Assembly (NCBI GenBank): GCA_965235115.1
Contig: OZ249445.1
Location: 3,348,001 to 3,412,000, forward strand
Reading direction: 5' to 3'
Length of the DNA: 64,000 nt
DNA from: Laetmonice hystrix
Lineage: Eukaryota
Shown: positions 63,143 through 64,000 of the stretch, piece by piece
Layout: the number at the start of each line of letters is the position of its first letter
Numbering within the stretch: the first letter of the stretch is position 1
Position numbers and translations under genes: made by a program
The notes under the pieces: model-generated
Databases searched by the model: none
Told to the model about the DNA's origin: nothing
What the model saw: only the letters and a program-made list of their open reading frames with translations

Positions 63143-64000
63143 ATTGTCATTGAGCGCTAGGTCAGACGCTGACAGTGGATTGTCAGTGAGCGCTAGGTCA
63201 GACGCTGAGAGTGGATTGTCAGTGAGCGCTAGGTCAGACGCTGACAGTGGATTGTCAGTGAACGCTAGGTCAGACGCTGACAGTGGATTGTCAGTGAGCG
63301 CTAGGTGGTCAGACGCTGACAGTGGATTGTGGTGAGCGCTAGGTCAGACGCTGAGAGTGGATTGTGGTGAGCGCTAGGTCAGACGCTGACAGTGGATTGT
63401 CAGTGAGCGCTAGGTCAGACGCTGACAGTGGATTGTCAGTGAGCGCTAGGTCAGACGCTGACAGTGGATTGTCAGTGAGCGCTAGGTCAGACGCTGAGAG
63501 TCGATTGTCAGTGAGCGCTAGGTCAGACGCTGACAGTGGATTGTGGTGAGCGCTAGGTCAGACGCTGACAGTGGATTGTGGTGCTGACAGTGGATTATCA
63601 GTGAGCGCTAGGTCAGACGCTGACAGTGGATTGTCAGTGAGCGCTAGGTCAGACGCTGACAGTGGATTGTGGTGAGCGCTAGGTCAGACGCTGACAGTGG
63701 ATTGTGGTGAGCGCTAGGTCAGACGCTGACCGTGGATTGTGGTGAGCGCTAGGTCAGACGCTGACAGTGGATTGTCAGTGAGCGCTAGGTGGTCAGACGC
63801 TGACAGTGGATTGTCAGTGAGCGCTAGGTCAGACGCTGACAGTGGATTGTCAGTGAGCGCTAGGTCAGACGCTGACAGTGGATTGTCAGTGAGCGCTAGG
63901 TCAGACGCTGACAGTGGATTGTCAGTGAGCGCTAGGTCAGACGCTGACAGTGGATTGTCAGTGAGCGCTAGGTCAGACGCTGACAGTGGATTGTCAGTGA
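63143..64000. repeat. Minisatellite, 36-bp unit (35/39-bp variants), more than 23 copies, running off the window end
   Basis: GTGAGCGCTAGGTCAGACGCTGACAGTGGATTGTCA in tandem. Confidence 0.97.

Noticed and set aside
63045-63549. ORFs running into the SARSDADSGLSV repeat
   Set aside because: 35-bp units and a 16-bp deletion introduce stops and frameshifts, so the frame is not maintained.
1813-64000. CRISPR or other repeat-spacer arrays
   Set aside because: All arrays are head-to-tail repeats. The variable parts are homologous to each other rather than unique spacers, and there are no cas-like ORFs in this eukaryote-like context.

Overview
This window looks like eukaryotic, probably invertebrate animal, nuclear DNA that is almost entirely non-coding (inference from the lack of long non-repetitive ORFs, scattered GT-AG splice signals, CpG-rich patches, microsatellites and long G/C runs). 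I could not recognise any protein-coding gene, RNA gene, CRISPR array or prokaryotic or viral system. About 10.5 kb (~16%, hand estimate) consists of about 19 unrelated tandem arrays and duplications with units of 16-134 bp, and these produce nearly all the long ORFs in the track. The best-supported non-repeat features are: (1) an 828-bp element with 92-bp terminal inverted repeats that carries a nested 140-bp MITE with a 5-bp TSD (9787-10614); (2) a frameshifted Lys-Pro-rich repeat reading frame at 11406-12070 that may be a hidden or dead coding exon; (3) a degraded LINE RT-like fragment near 55.5 kb. There are also several isolated exon candidates and clusters of homeodomain, TALE, bZIP and CTCF-like motifs, which could indicate a regulatory landscape or large introns. 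All exon and enhancer calls are low-confidence inferences.
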